DNA of 61,609 nt, counting the filler. It is 6 parts of 6 records of this genome, joined end to end, with 100 filler letters (N's around TTAATTAATTAA, not from the genome) between each part and the next. Parts side by side here need not be neighbours in the genome. Positions count along the whole stretch, not along the records: positions 24,393 to 36,060 come from DRR723986_15189; positions 36,161 to 42,728 come from DRR723986_15192; 4 more parts are not named here. One strand, written 5' to 3'. Position numbers and translations under genes: made by a program. Within the stretch, counting starts at the first letter, position 1; the number at the start of each line of letters is the position of its first letter. Below the pieces are notes generated by a model that was not told the DNA's origin, did not search any database, and saw only the letters and a list, made by a program, of their open reading frames with translations. This document shows positions 29,401 to 38,205 of the stretch, one piece after another.

Positions 29401-32400
29401 AGTAAACTTGATGTTGCCATAGTAGAGCTTAAGGTCAATCCACCATTTGTCACCAATGCCGGATTACTGGATGTCGCACTTAAAATCAGATTGGTAAACG
29501 GTGTGTCGACGTCGCTCAATGCAAAACTTGCCGAGGTCGGAGTATCTTCCGCGGTGACGACAAATGCATTGTTTGTGGAAATCGACGGCGGATCGTTAAC
29601 CGGATCTACGCTCACAGTCAGGCTGGTAGTGCGCACAAATTCTCCATCGTCGGCACTAATGGTGAGTAATGCACTACCGCTGGCATTGGTGACCGGAACC
29701 ATAGTCAGAATCATATTGGCACTGGTTGCTGAGAGTGTTAATCCTTCATCACGCAAAAGTGAATGATTGGATGAAGTTGCGCTTAGGATCACATTTGAAA
29801 GCGGCGTGTCCACATCGCTCAGTTCCAGATTGACAGAATCCGTCTCATCTTCCTGAATTGTGAGGTTCGTCGAGCTCAAGGAGACAGTTGGCGGATCATT
29901 CTGTGCCGTCACACTTAAACTGAAGGTCGTCGAACGCAGGGATTCGCCATCGTCAACTGTTACCGATAAAATTGCCGAACCGTTAGAATTAGTGATTGGA
30001 TCAATAAATAGACTTGTCGTTGCGCCGGTGGCACCAAAGGTCAATCCACTGTGGGTTACGAGGGAGAGGTTGCTGGAGCTTACTGACAGGATTAATTTGC
30101 TGAATTCCGTATCTATGTCGTCTAAGGTAAACGTTGCTGCAGTTTGCGTGTCCTCGGCAATTGAAATCTGTGTGTCATTGGTTGCGATCACCGGCGGGTC
30201 ATCGACGGGACGAACCGTCAGGTTAATCGTGGTTGTGCTTGAAAGCGAACCATCACTAACCTGGAATACGAGTGGAAGCGTACCACTTGTATTTGTCACC
30301 GGTGTGACCAGAAACCGCGTTGTGGCTGCCGTTGCGCCCTGCTGTGAAATTGATGCTATTGTTGTTAAGTCGGCGACCGGCAATATGACTGTTAAGTTGT
30401 CAATGCCCGGATCAGCGTCAACTAGTGATAAGGTTATGATCGAAGGCACATCTTCGTCTATTGCAACGGCCGTTTGACTTGTCGAGATTAGCGGTCTGTC
30501 GTTTGTAATTGACAGACTGCTTGAGACCTGTCCCGTTCCATTTGAGACTGTCAGAGTTAACGTGCCGATTGTTGCGAACGCACCGGCGGGGATTGCAGCT
30601 GTGAAACTGCCGCGCGTAGATGACAGAATAGTTAAATCAATCGTGCCACTTGTCACGCCGGACGAATTCAGTACGCTCAATCGAGCCACAGGCGCGACCA
30701 GTTCGGTTCCATCAACTGTTATTTGTGTTGCGCTTAGACTGGCCGTTGTTGTGGCCGGGTTGATTGAACTAATGGTCGGCAGGGTTTCCGTATTGGTCCA
30801 AATGTGGATATCCTGATCGCTGGTATTCATGATTAGGGCATCGAGATCGCCATCTCCATTCAGATCGCCTATGGCGACACCCGTACTTCGTCCGCTGCCA
30901 ATCGAACTGCTGGTAAATGTTGCATCACCATTGTTAAGCCATAGGTCTTGCGGTTCTGCTAAATTGGCTATGATCGCATCAAGGTCGCCATCGTTGTCAA
31001 AGTCGCCAAGCTCAACTGCCTGGCTGGTACCACTGCCGAATGTGCTGCTGGTGAACGTCGCATCACCATTGTTTAACCAGATATCTTGTGGCTCGGTGGA
31101 ATTTGCGATAAGAATGTCGAGATCGCCGTCATTATCCAGGTCGCCAATGGCCAGGTCGTGACTTTTGCCACTGCCGAATGTACTGTTGGTAAACGTTGCA
31201 TTGCCGTTGTTCAATAGAATATCCTGCGCTGCACCGTTGTTTCCGATGACGACATCCAGATCTCCATCATTATCGAGGTCACCAAAACTAATCGCAGTGT
31301 TGTCACCCGCGCCGATGATCGTTTCTACGAATGTAGCGTCACCGTTGTTAAGCCAGAGTTGCAAGCCCTCGTTGCTGGCGTTGGTAAACATCGCGTCAAG
31401 ATCACCGTCACCATCAAGATCACCAACTGCCACTCCACGACTGATAATTGCAGTGCCAAATGAGAATCTCTGGAACGTGCCGTCACCCCTATTCAACAGT
31501 ATTTCATTCTTCTGTGAAAAACCATTCGCCGCGACGGCATCAAGGTCACCATCGCCGTCCAGGTCTCCAGCGGCGATATCATTGGTCCATTTACCGCCAA
31601 ATTCACTTACAGCAAACCCACCTGCGCCATCATTTTTCATAAAGTGATATGGCCTGGCCGTGCCGTTGGCCACAATTGCGTCTAGATCACCATCCTGGTC
31701 GTAGTCACCAATTGCAGCGGAGTTTGCGCGCCCGCCGGCGAATATCGCGGTCGTGCTGAAAACTGCAGTTCCGGCGGCTACCGTAGCGCGGAACTGATAT
31801 GCTTCCAGATCTGTCTGAATGACGTTACTGGTATTCTGCAGGTCGTTGAGAATTACTGTTAATTTTTCACCTGCAAAAAAGTCGTTGGCCGGGTCGATTA
31901 CGAGACGCGTATCGTTTAACTCGGTACTAATAGCAGCCATTGTAGAAATGCGTCCGCTTTGATTGCCATACACCAGAATATTTGCCTGCGAGCTGGTAGA
32001 CGTGGCATCCAGATTGCCCAGGTCGAGCGAATTACTGAATGTATAGCTGAGATTTGAGTTAATAGCAACGGCATTTGCATTGGTAATCGGGTTGAGCGCA
32101 CGTAGAAACATGTCATCAGGACCAACATTCAGCGTGAAGCTGGTACCGCGCATGAATTCGCCATCGTCAACGCTGACGATGATCACGGCTGAACCGGTTG
32201 CATTCTCAACTGGTTCGATCAAAAAGTTTGTGCTGGCTCCGGTCACGTCGAACGTTAAACCGCCGCTCGTTACTACGGCTGCATTGTTGGAAGTCGCGCT
32301 AAGAATCAAATTGTTAAAAGGCGTGTCGACGTCGCTTAGAGTAAATGTTGCAATCGTTGATCTGTTCCTTGCGACTGCCAGTGAGGCCTTGCTTGTCGCG

Positions 32401-35400
32401 ATTTGCGGAGGATCATTCACAGGGTTTATGCTAAGGTTGATCGTCGTACTTCCAATCCGGTCGCCATCGCTCAGTTGAAACGTCAAGGGCAGCGAGCCAT
32501 TTGCATTGGTGACAGGCGTAATCAAGAACTTACTGGTTGCTGCCGTTGCTCCTTGTTGCGAAATTGAAGCAATCGTTGTTAAGTCAGCGGTGGGGGAGAT
32601 GATCGTTAAATCGGCATCAGTGCTTAAAAAGTCGCTCAGAGTAAAACTGATCACGGAAGCCTGATCTTCGGTGAGGAACACGGCCGTTTGATTCGTGCTG
32701 ATAACCGGTGTGTCGTTTGTGACAGTTAACGTGGTGCTGGTCGTGCCAACTTCATTGTCCACCGTCAACGTCAGTGTTCCTATTGTCGCCAAAACACCCG
32801 CCGGCAAATCAGCAACAAATTGCGTCGGTGAACCGGAAGAAACATTTAGGCTGACGGACCCGCTGGCAACACCGGAGGAGTTGAGGACGGTAATTTGAGC
32901 GGAAGTACCATAGAATTGATCGCCATTAACCGTCAGTTGCACCGCCTCCGGTGTGGCTTCAAAGCTTGACGGAGCAAGCGAGGACACTGTTGCTTGGCCG
33001 GCCAGGTTAAACCAAAACTCACTGTCCTCGTTGTCACGGTTTAATATGATCGCATCAAGATCGCGGTCGCCGTCTAGATCGCCGATTGCGACTCCGTGAC
33101 TTTTTCCGCTACCAAAGGTTGAAGTTGTAAATGTTCCGTCACCGTTGTTAAGCCAGATATATTGCGGGCCGTCGTCAACAGCAAATATGGCGTCCATATC
33201 AGCATCACCGTCGAGATCGCCCAGAGCAACATCCTGGTTGTTACCAGTGCCGAAATCATTGCAAATGAAGGTGGCATCACCGTTGTTAAGCCAAATATGT
33301 TGGTCGTCGTCTGAGTTGGCAATAATGGCATCGAGGTCGCCATCACCATCCAGATCCCAAATAGCTATTCCACGGCTATCTGCACCGCTAAACGTTGAAG
33401 ACACAAAACTGGCATCACCGTTATTTAACCAGATATGTTGCGGCTCATTTGAATTTGCGATAATTGCATCCAGGTCACCATCGCCGTCCAGATCCCCGAG
33501 TGCCAGATCTTCACTATTGCCACCGCCAAAAGTACTGCTCGTGAAAGTACCGTCACCATTGTTAAGCCAGATTTCTTGACCGTAGCCGTTAAGCGTAGCG
33601 ATAATGGCATCTAAATCGCCGTCGCCATCCAAATCACCAATATCCAGGCCGCGGTTAGTTGTCGTGTTGCCAAATGATGCAACCGCGAAACTTCCGTCAC
33701 CATTGTTAAGCAGAATATCCTGTGCATGGTTATTTCCATTAGCTGCGATAGCATCCAAATCGCCGTCGCCGTCTAAATCGGCAGCGACGAGGTCTAGAAC
33801 AGTGCTTGCCCCAAACTGGCTAATGTTAAATGTACCGTCACCGTTGTTGCGTGCAAAACGAAACGGGAATTCCTGGCTATTGCCGATAAGGGCGTCCAGA
33901 TCGCCATCATTGTCGTAATCGCCGATTGCGGCAGCACGTGAGCGCTGCCCCAAATCTGATGCACTGGTGCTGAAAACAGCGGTTCCGCCAATGGCCGCAG
34001 CGCGAAATACATGTGCGGACGAAGGGGTGGATAGAACGACACATGAAGTGTTCTGCACTTCGTTGAAGATGACGGTAATCTGTTCACCGGCAAAAAAGTT
34101 ATCTGCGGGATCGATCGTGACGCGTGTATCTCCCAAATCTGTGTTGACCGATGCGGCAGTCGAAAGATATCCGCTTTGGTTGCCATACAAGATCAGGTTT
34201 GCTTGCGTTGGTATCGAAGTGTTAACCAACTCTGTTGTTTTGAGCAGGGTGCTAAATGTATAGCTCAGATTCGCATTATGCGCAACGGCGCTGGCATTCG
34301 TTGTGGGACTTGCAGAGCTTAAAGCAAGCTCGTCGGCATTGTACCATACTGCCAATTCGCGCACGATACTGTTGCAGATAACAGCGTCCAGGTCACCATC
34401 GCCGTCTAAATCTCCCAGACCGACCCCTTCGCTCTTGCCTGAACCAAATGCGCGACTGCTAAATGTGCCGTCGCCATTGTTATACCAAATCTCCTGAGCT
34501 TCTTCAGAATTAACAATGATTGCATCCAGGTCACCGTCGGCATCCAGGTCGCCAAGTGCCAGGTCGAGGCTATTGCCGGATCCAAAAGTGCTGGTGGTAA
34601 AAGTTGCATCGCCGTTGTTTAACCAGATATCCTGTGGTTCATTTGCATTCGCGATAATTGCGTCAAGGTCCCCGTCACCGTCGAGATCACCGAGTTCGAT
34701 GGCGCGGCTGGTACCACTACCGAATGAACTGCTGATGAAGCTGGCATCACCATTGTTAAGCCAAATTTCCTGGCTTTCGTCGTCACCGGTAACGATGATG
34801 TCCAGGTCGCCGTCGTTGTCGAGGTCGCCAATTGCAAGCCGCTCGGAGTCGCCGCCACCAAAGGTGCTACTGGTGAAAGTTGCGTCGCCGTTGTTAAGCC
34901 ACAGTTCATGAGCCGCGTTGTTTGTGGCTGAGAATACAACATCGAGGTCTCCGTCGCCGTCCAGGTCTCCGCTGTCTACTCCACGTCTGATTCCGGTTGG
35001 GCCGAACGTTGAAGCAGTAAACGTGCCGTCGCCATTATTCAGTAAGATGTCATTGCTTGTTGAATTTGCATTTGCGCCAATCACGTCAATATCACCGTCT
35101 CCGTCAAAATCGCCGACGGTTATGTCATACGTCCAACTATCTACCGGCCTTTCACTGGCAAAAGTGTTGTCACCATTGTTAAGAAATATGTGATAACCTT
35201 GATTACTTCTGCTGGCAGTTACCAAATCGAGATCAAGATCGCCATCCAAATCCGCAACAGCTGCTGCGCGATTGCGCAAACCGGCGTTTAATGTCTTTTC
35301 GGCAAAGAAGCCGCGTCCGTTGCCGCTTACGCCGGCACTAAACCTATAAACCTCTGGCTCGGCCAGCGGTCCGTTACTTACACTTTCAGCATCTGTCGTC

Positions 35401-35873
35401 ACGGTTACTGAGATTGTCTCGCCAGGGTAAAAATTGAGATCAGGATTAAATATGCGATTTCTTTCGCCTCTAAACACGCCGTCGTTGCTGCGCAGACCAG
35501 TTTGTGAACCATAAATTCGAATAGTTGAACCGGTAACGCTCGGCCCCCACATGGTCCTGCTGAACAATATCTCAATATTTGCGTTTCGATTGGCACTCGT
35601 CGCATTTGCGGCCGGTGTGAGCGATTGAATTATCGGCGCCTGTGCATAAACATTCAGACTAAAGCAGACTCCACTCAACGCGGAAAGTATAAGACTGTTG
35701 CGTGCGGATGTTGCGACGCCAGTTGAAGTGTTTAAGCGCTTGTTTAAAATGCGTAGCTTTTTGCGCGCGTATGCTGTTAACTCACTGCTTAGCAGCAGTC
35801 GTTTAATTTGCCGCAATATCTTGTTTACTCGCGCCACATCTGTACGACCGTAATGTTTGTTGTTCGCTCGCAT
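26454..35873 (-). CDS. Giant FG-GAP/Ig-like/cadherin-like repeat surface protein with T9SS-type C-terminal domain
   Basis: Three blocks of seven DxDxDGDxD repeats, each preceded by an Ig-like domain; a series of VNDPP...EDT...DVD repeats; a lactonase-like propeller (SPDGxHVY); C-terminal ILPNPARD...DIRGRE...PAGTYFVKL. ATG 35873 chosen as start; the ORF is open to 35927. Confidence 0.9.
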   Translation of the reverse strand: MRANNKHYGRTDVARVNKILRQIKRLLLSSELTAYARKKLRILNKRLNTSTGVATSARNSLILSALSGVCFSLNVYAQAPIIQSLTPAANATSANRNANIEILFSRTMWGPSVTGSTIRIYGSQTGLRSNDGVFRGERNRIFNPDLNFYPGETISVTVTTDAESVSNGPLAEPEVYRFSAGVSGNGRGFFAEKTLNAGLRNRAAAVADLDGDLDLDLVTASRSNQGYHIFLNNGDNTFASERPVDSWTYDITVGDFDGDGDIDVIGANANSTSNDILLNNGDGTFTASTFGPTGIRRGVDSGDLDGDGDLDVVFSATNNAAHELWLNNGDATFTSSTFGGGDSERLAIGDLDNDGDLDIIVTGDDESQEIWLNNGDASFISSSFGSGTSRAIELGDLDGDGDLDAIIANANEPQDIWLNNGDATFTTSTFGSGNSLDLALGDLDADGDLDAIIVNSEEAQEIWYNNGDGTFSSRAFGSGKSEGVGLGDLDGDGDLDAVICNSIVRELAVWYNADELALSSASPTTNASAVAHNANLSYTFSTLLKTTELVNTSIPTQANLILYGNQSGYLSTAASVNTDLGDTRVTIDPADNFFAGEQITVIFNEVQNTSCVVLSTPSSAHVFRAAAIGGTAVFSTSASDLGQRSRAAAIGDYDNDGDLDALIGNSQEFPFRFARNNGDGTFNISQFGASTVLDLVAADLDGDGDLDAIAANGNNHAQDILLNNGDGSFAVASFGNTTTNRGLDIGDLDGDGDLDAIIATLNGYGQEIWLNNGDGTFTSSTFGGGNSEDLALGDLDGDGDLDAIIANSNEPQHIWLNNGDASFVSSTFSGADSRGIAIWDLDGDGDLDAIIANSDDDQHIWLNNGDATFICNDFGTGNNQDVALGDLDGDADMDAIFAVDDGPQYIWLNNGDGTFTTSTFGSGKSHGVAIGDLDGDRDLDAIILNRDNEDSEFWFNLAGQATVSSLAPSSFEATPEAVQLTVNGDQFYGTSAQITVLNSSGVASGSVSLNVSSGSPTQFVADLPAGVLATIGTLTLTVDNEVGTTSTTLTVTNDTPVISTNQTAVFLTEDQASVISFTLSDFLSTDADLTIISPTADLTTIASISQQGATAATSKFLITPVTNANGSLPLTFQLSDGDRIGSTTINLSINPVNDPPQIATSKASLAVARNRSTIATFTLSDVDTPFNNLILSATSNNAAVVTSGGLTFDVTGASTNFLIEPVENATGSAVIIVSVDDGEFMRGTSFTLNVGPDDMFLRALNPITNANAVAINSNLSYTFSNSLDLGNLDATSTSSQANILVYGNQSGRISTMAAISTELNDTRLVIDPANDFFAGEKLTVILNDLQNTSNVIQTDLEAYQFRATVAAGTAVFSTTAIFAGGRANSAAIGDYDQDGDLDAIVANGTARPYHFMKNDGAGGFAVSEFGGKWTNDIAAGDLDGDGDLDAVAANGFSQKNEILLNRGDGTFQRFSFGTAIISRGVAVGDLDGDGDLDAMFTNASNEGLQLWLNNGDATFVETIIGAGDNTAISFGDLDNDGDLDVVIGNNGAAQDILLNNGNATFTNSTFGSGKSHDLAIGDLDNDGDLDILIANSTEPQDIWLNNGDATFTSSTFGSGTSQAVELGDFDNDGDLDAIIANLAEPQDLWLNNGDATFTSSSIGSGRSTGVAIGDLNGDGDLDALIMNTSDQDIHIWTNTETLPTISSINPATTTASLSATQITVDGTELVAPVARLSVLNSSGVTSGTIDLTILSSTRGSFTAAIPAGAFATIGTLTLTVSNGTGQVSSSLSITNDRPLISTSQTAVAIDEDVPSIITLSLVDADPGIDNLTVILPVADLTTIASISQQGATAATTRFLVTPVTNTSGTLPLVFQVSDGSLSSTTTINLTVRPVDDPPVIATNDTQISIAEDTQTAATFTLDDIDTEFSKLILSVSSSNLSLVTHSGLTFGATGATTSLFIDPITNSNGSAILSVTVDDGESLRSTTFSLSVTAQNDPPTVSLSSTNLTIQEDETDSVNLELSDVDTPLSNVILSATSSNHSLLRDEGLTLSATSANMILTMVPVTNASGSALLTISADDGEFVRTTSLTVSVDPVNDPPSISTNNAFVVTAEDTPTSASFALSDVDTPFTNLILSATSSNPALVTNGGLTLSSTMATSSLLIDPVSNATGNSIITLTVDDGEFTRTLLLQLNVGAVNDPPVVAAGASVIVVDEDNTTSASVILVDNDTQLSSVMLTATSSNLALIPNEAILFGTSGGVTPILLTPVTNANGSALITVLADDGDATHSTSFNVTVNPINDPPVITASNLLSAINQNGTTTLVINLSDIDSPFNKLILNATSSNLSLLPDADITFGATAATVELNVTPQCGETGSAVVNVQVSDGEFVRTTSFTLVVQSVEELSITGSSCACPGVATQFTALPIDPLAAHSWSVKGGIVKSGQGTGAVEIVWSNSASVAELRVTRSSISGCTNSTVLLAQSKSLSAVADFIVTTSATTAIEVLNNDLGNSLQLISVEQAQFGSASTAGNVINYTANAGFKGIETLTYTVQSDEGCRATAAVVIVVPADSVPNALINFVNRKKDRISGVRGLRAAASAVVSHDGQYVYVAGRNDHSIAIFERNTSTGRLTYVKRIRNLRSGVVGLKYPEYLAIDPQGYYLFAAGYGDNALVIFKRNQINGDLSFVARKKYGQLDNGLAIQGLKRPRNLNVSHDGKSVYVSGNSDNSVSHFQRNDGTGQFNYVNVQKDNQAGVDGLRRARGLAVSTDGKHAYIAGYGEHSLAGFERNTRDGKLDYIERYRDGVSGIDGLSGVIDVSISPDGLHVYTAGYVDDAIALFERNSNSGELTFIEVYLNSDEDIEGLNGVRGIQVSPDGAYLWAASEIDDALVLFKRDLISGKLTFMKKAQDGDGNFDGLNGATMPALWQSSAEIYVPGAAENSIATLRRNSQPNAINDVAGPVAKNATLSISPLSNDSDPDGHMLAITSASVPLLGTVSIKNAGTTIEYVAGNTVGVDQFSYSVGDYAGGSSTATVTVLVVNAKLGVATISANTDSQKNISILPNPARDFAVVNFVLDHPSAAHLTLCDIRGREISSMDLETTNTGLNSVDLHLRDDRGARIPAGTYFVKLNYWAENGEQQTISTTLTVR

Positions 35874-36030
35874 AAGTATTAATCCGTTTGAATTCCAATA
35901 ACTCAATTGGTGTAGCTCCTTGTTCAACCATCTGGCGGTTGGTCAATTTCAATTGCCGCCGTCTCAACACCAATAAATTGGAATGTTTATTTACACAGAT
36001 CGTGCTTTTGAATTGAATGACAAAACAGGG

Positions 36031-36060
36031 TAGATAGCCAGAATAGATAGCCAGAATAGA
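36031..36060. repeat. 13-bp short tandem repeat at contig end
   Basis: TAGATAGCCAGAA x2 + TAGA runs into the linker. Confidence 0.75.
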
Positions 36061-36160
36061 NNNNNNNNNNNNNNNNNNNNNNNNNNNNNNNNNNNNNNNN
36101 NNNNTTAATTAATTAANNNNNNNNNNNNNNNNNNNNNNNNNNNNNNNNNNNNNNNNNNNN
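36061..36160. other. Artificial contig linker
   Basis: N44-TTAATTAATTAA-N44. Confidence 0.99.
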
Positions 36161-36190
36161 AGCGCCCCCTCTTCAGATTCGGTGGCTTGC
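36161..36190 (+). repeat. Dispersed ~36-bp repeat, copy 1 (contig start)
   Basis: AGCGCCCCCTCTTCAGATTCGGTG is identical to 42705-42728; variant copy at 40288-40323. Confidence 0.8.
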
Positions 36191-36314
36191 CTTTTGAGGT
36201 TTGAGAGCTGCAGCACCTTCACTCTGTTTGGCGCTTGGCTGGTGTCCTTGTTTGTTAATGAGCCGGAAGATGAAAGCACCGAGGAAATCGCGCAGCCAGA
36301 ATCTCTTGTGTGAC

Positions 36315-36820
36315 CTCCAATTACAGCCACTATCGATCTCTAAATGGCTTGAACAAAACTCACAAAACAACAATGGTAATCCCATCTACTATATTGAGAA
36401 TGAATAGATTACCCCATACAGCCTTGATTAAGGCCTCGCACACAATCAACTCCGCTATACCTCAAATCATTCACACAACAGCCTTTTTGTGCACTCAATT
36501 GGAGATTCGGCACACAAAAACAGTAGATTTTTAGCTAAAAAAGGAGATGAGCCAATGAAGGTTCTCCAATTAAACTCATTATTGATCTCCAATTAGCTTG
36601 CACAAAACTCACAAACCCAAAGCGTCGGTTCCATATATTGTATTGAGAATGAATAGCTTACCCCATGCTAGGTGAAGCAAGACCTAACTCATGATCAACA
36701 CTGTTTTACCTCAAAGCACCCGCACAAAAGCCCCCTATTGTGCTCTTAATTGGAGATCCCGATTGTAAAAACAGTTGAATTTTGGCTAAAAACGGAGGTG
36801 ACGCATGCAATTAATTGGAG
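36315..36820. repeat. Diverged tandem duplication of a ~249-bp non-coding unit with internal inverted repeats
   Basis: Units start CTCCAATTA at 36315 and 36564; core TATTGAGAATGAATAG(A/C)TTACCCCA at 36392 and 36641; GATCTCCAATTA...TAATTGGAGATC arms. Confidence 0.85.
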
Positions 36821-37031
36821 ACTCCACTCCAAGACAGAATGTGACGCGTACTCGCCAGATGGAGAGAAATTCAATGTTGGCAGTCGCGAACACTATCTGC
36901 TTCTTTGTATGCAGATATTCAGGAGCGAGGTGGAATATGCGAGAGAAAACGGGGATGATGAATTGTTTGCATTGTTGAAGGAAAACGACTTCTACCCATA
37001 CAGTGATTTGGATAGAGAGCTCGTAGTATAG
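36821..37031 (+). pseudogene. 3' remnant of a Suppressor-of-fused (SUFU)-domain-like gene
   Basis: LLLCMQIFRSEVEYARENGDDELFALLKENDFYPYSDLDRELVV matches the recalled C-terminus of bacterial SUFU proteins; the 5' end of the ORF lies inside the repeat. Confidence 0.6.
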
Positions 37032-37048
37032 AGACAAGGCCATCGAGC

Positions 37049-37399
37049 CTATGTCCCAGGAAACTCTAAAATGACAATTGTCATAAATGTTAATCCCACC
37101 AAGAATACAAAAGCTGTAAGACATAATAGATCGATCAGAAACAGCCAATACTTCCTGGAGCTTCTGCGCGCGCGAACGTAATAATACATTGAAATCAACC
37201 AGCAAATATCTGCCGGAAATACAGTACAGTACATGATTTTTTGTACCGCCGACCTGTCAGGATGTATCCAGTAGGATAAAGTCAGCCCCAATCCAACAAG
37301 TACGATGCATATCCCAACAAATACAAAGGCACGCTTGCGGTCGCGCAGGAAATGCGCCTTATCAGAATCTATGTTCGTATAATCGTTCGGCTTAACCAT
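37049..37399 (-). CDS. Small hypothetical membrane protein (3 TM)
   Basis: 116 aa, ATG start, three hydrophobic segments flanked by basic residues. Confidence 0.6.
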   Translation of the reverse strand: MVKPNDYTNIDSDKAHFLRDRKRAFVFVGICIVLVGLGLTLSYWIHPDRSAVQKIMYCTVFPADICWLISMYYYVRARRSSRKYWLFLIDLLCLTAFVFLVGLTFMTIVILEFPGT

Positions 37400-38205
37400 T
37401 GACTATTGCTCTTCTGCTAACTTGATCATGATTCAATTGACAACCCGTTAGAAATGCTCTACACTTGAGACCAAAGGATGTTCAGAACAAAATTTGCGGT
37501 GTGTACACAGTATCTGCGCCACGTTCAGAATTCAATGAATGCACAATCATAACACAGTGAAAAACAAAAATAAACAGCAAGCCATTGGGACAAGGGCGAA
37601 GCGCTCAAGCATTGGAAACAAATTGTAAACATCTCCCCCACCGGGTCGAATGTTAAAGTTTGGTACAACGAATTTAATCCATATCAAACAACAGCATTAA
37701 CTAAACATCCCCTCGTGATTACATTTCAGATCCCCCTCAGCGAGACGTTCTCCCTACAAGCAATGTTCAGATTACATACTTATGAGCCCTAACAGCTCGT
37801 TCTATCTGCCAGTCGGTAATTAACAATTCTTCAGCCGCATTCAGTAGTTGATAAGTAACAACGTTAAGTTTAATTTTGCGTAGACTGTTTTTTTGACTGA
37901 GATATCTGCAATAAAACCATAAGAAACAGTTGGCACTTACAGCAAGGTTTTGCAGGTGGATATCTTTCAACATTTTTCTTTTGTAGGGTGTAACCTTTAT
38001 TATTATATTCGATTAGATCGTATGCTACTAGCGGACTTCCATAAAGCCCGCGAAAATCAGTACAACTCGAGTTTCTACTGGCACACAATTCGTTCTGAAT
38101 CCAGGCAGATCACCTGGAATGCAGACGAAACAAGAATCACAAACCGTTCAACAGAACGACTATTTACTATTTATCCAAAGGATCATAACTATGTACGATT
38201 ATCGT

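Noticed and set aside
28375-35193. Many plus-strand ORFs with SRSPSPSRSP repeats
   Set aside because: Antisense shadows of the FG-GAP (GDLDGDGDLD) and cadherin-like repeats.
36161-36820. CRISPR array or DGR template/variable repeat pair
   Set aside because: No regular short repeat-spacer pattern and no cas gene. Differences between the 249-bp units are not confined to adenines, and there is no reverse transcriptase.
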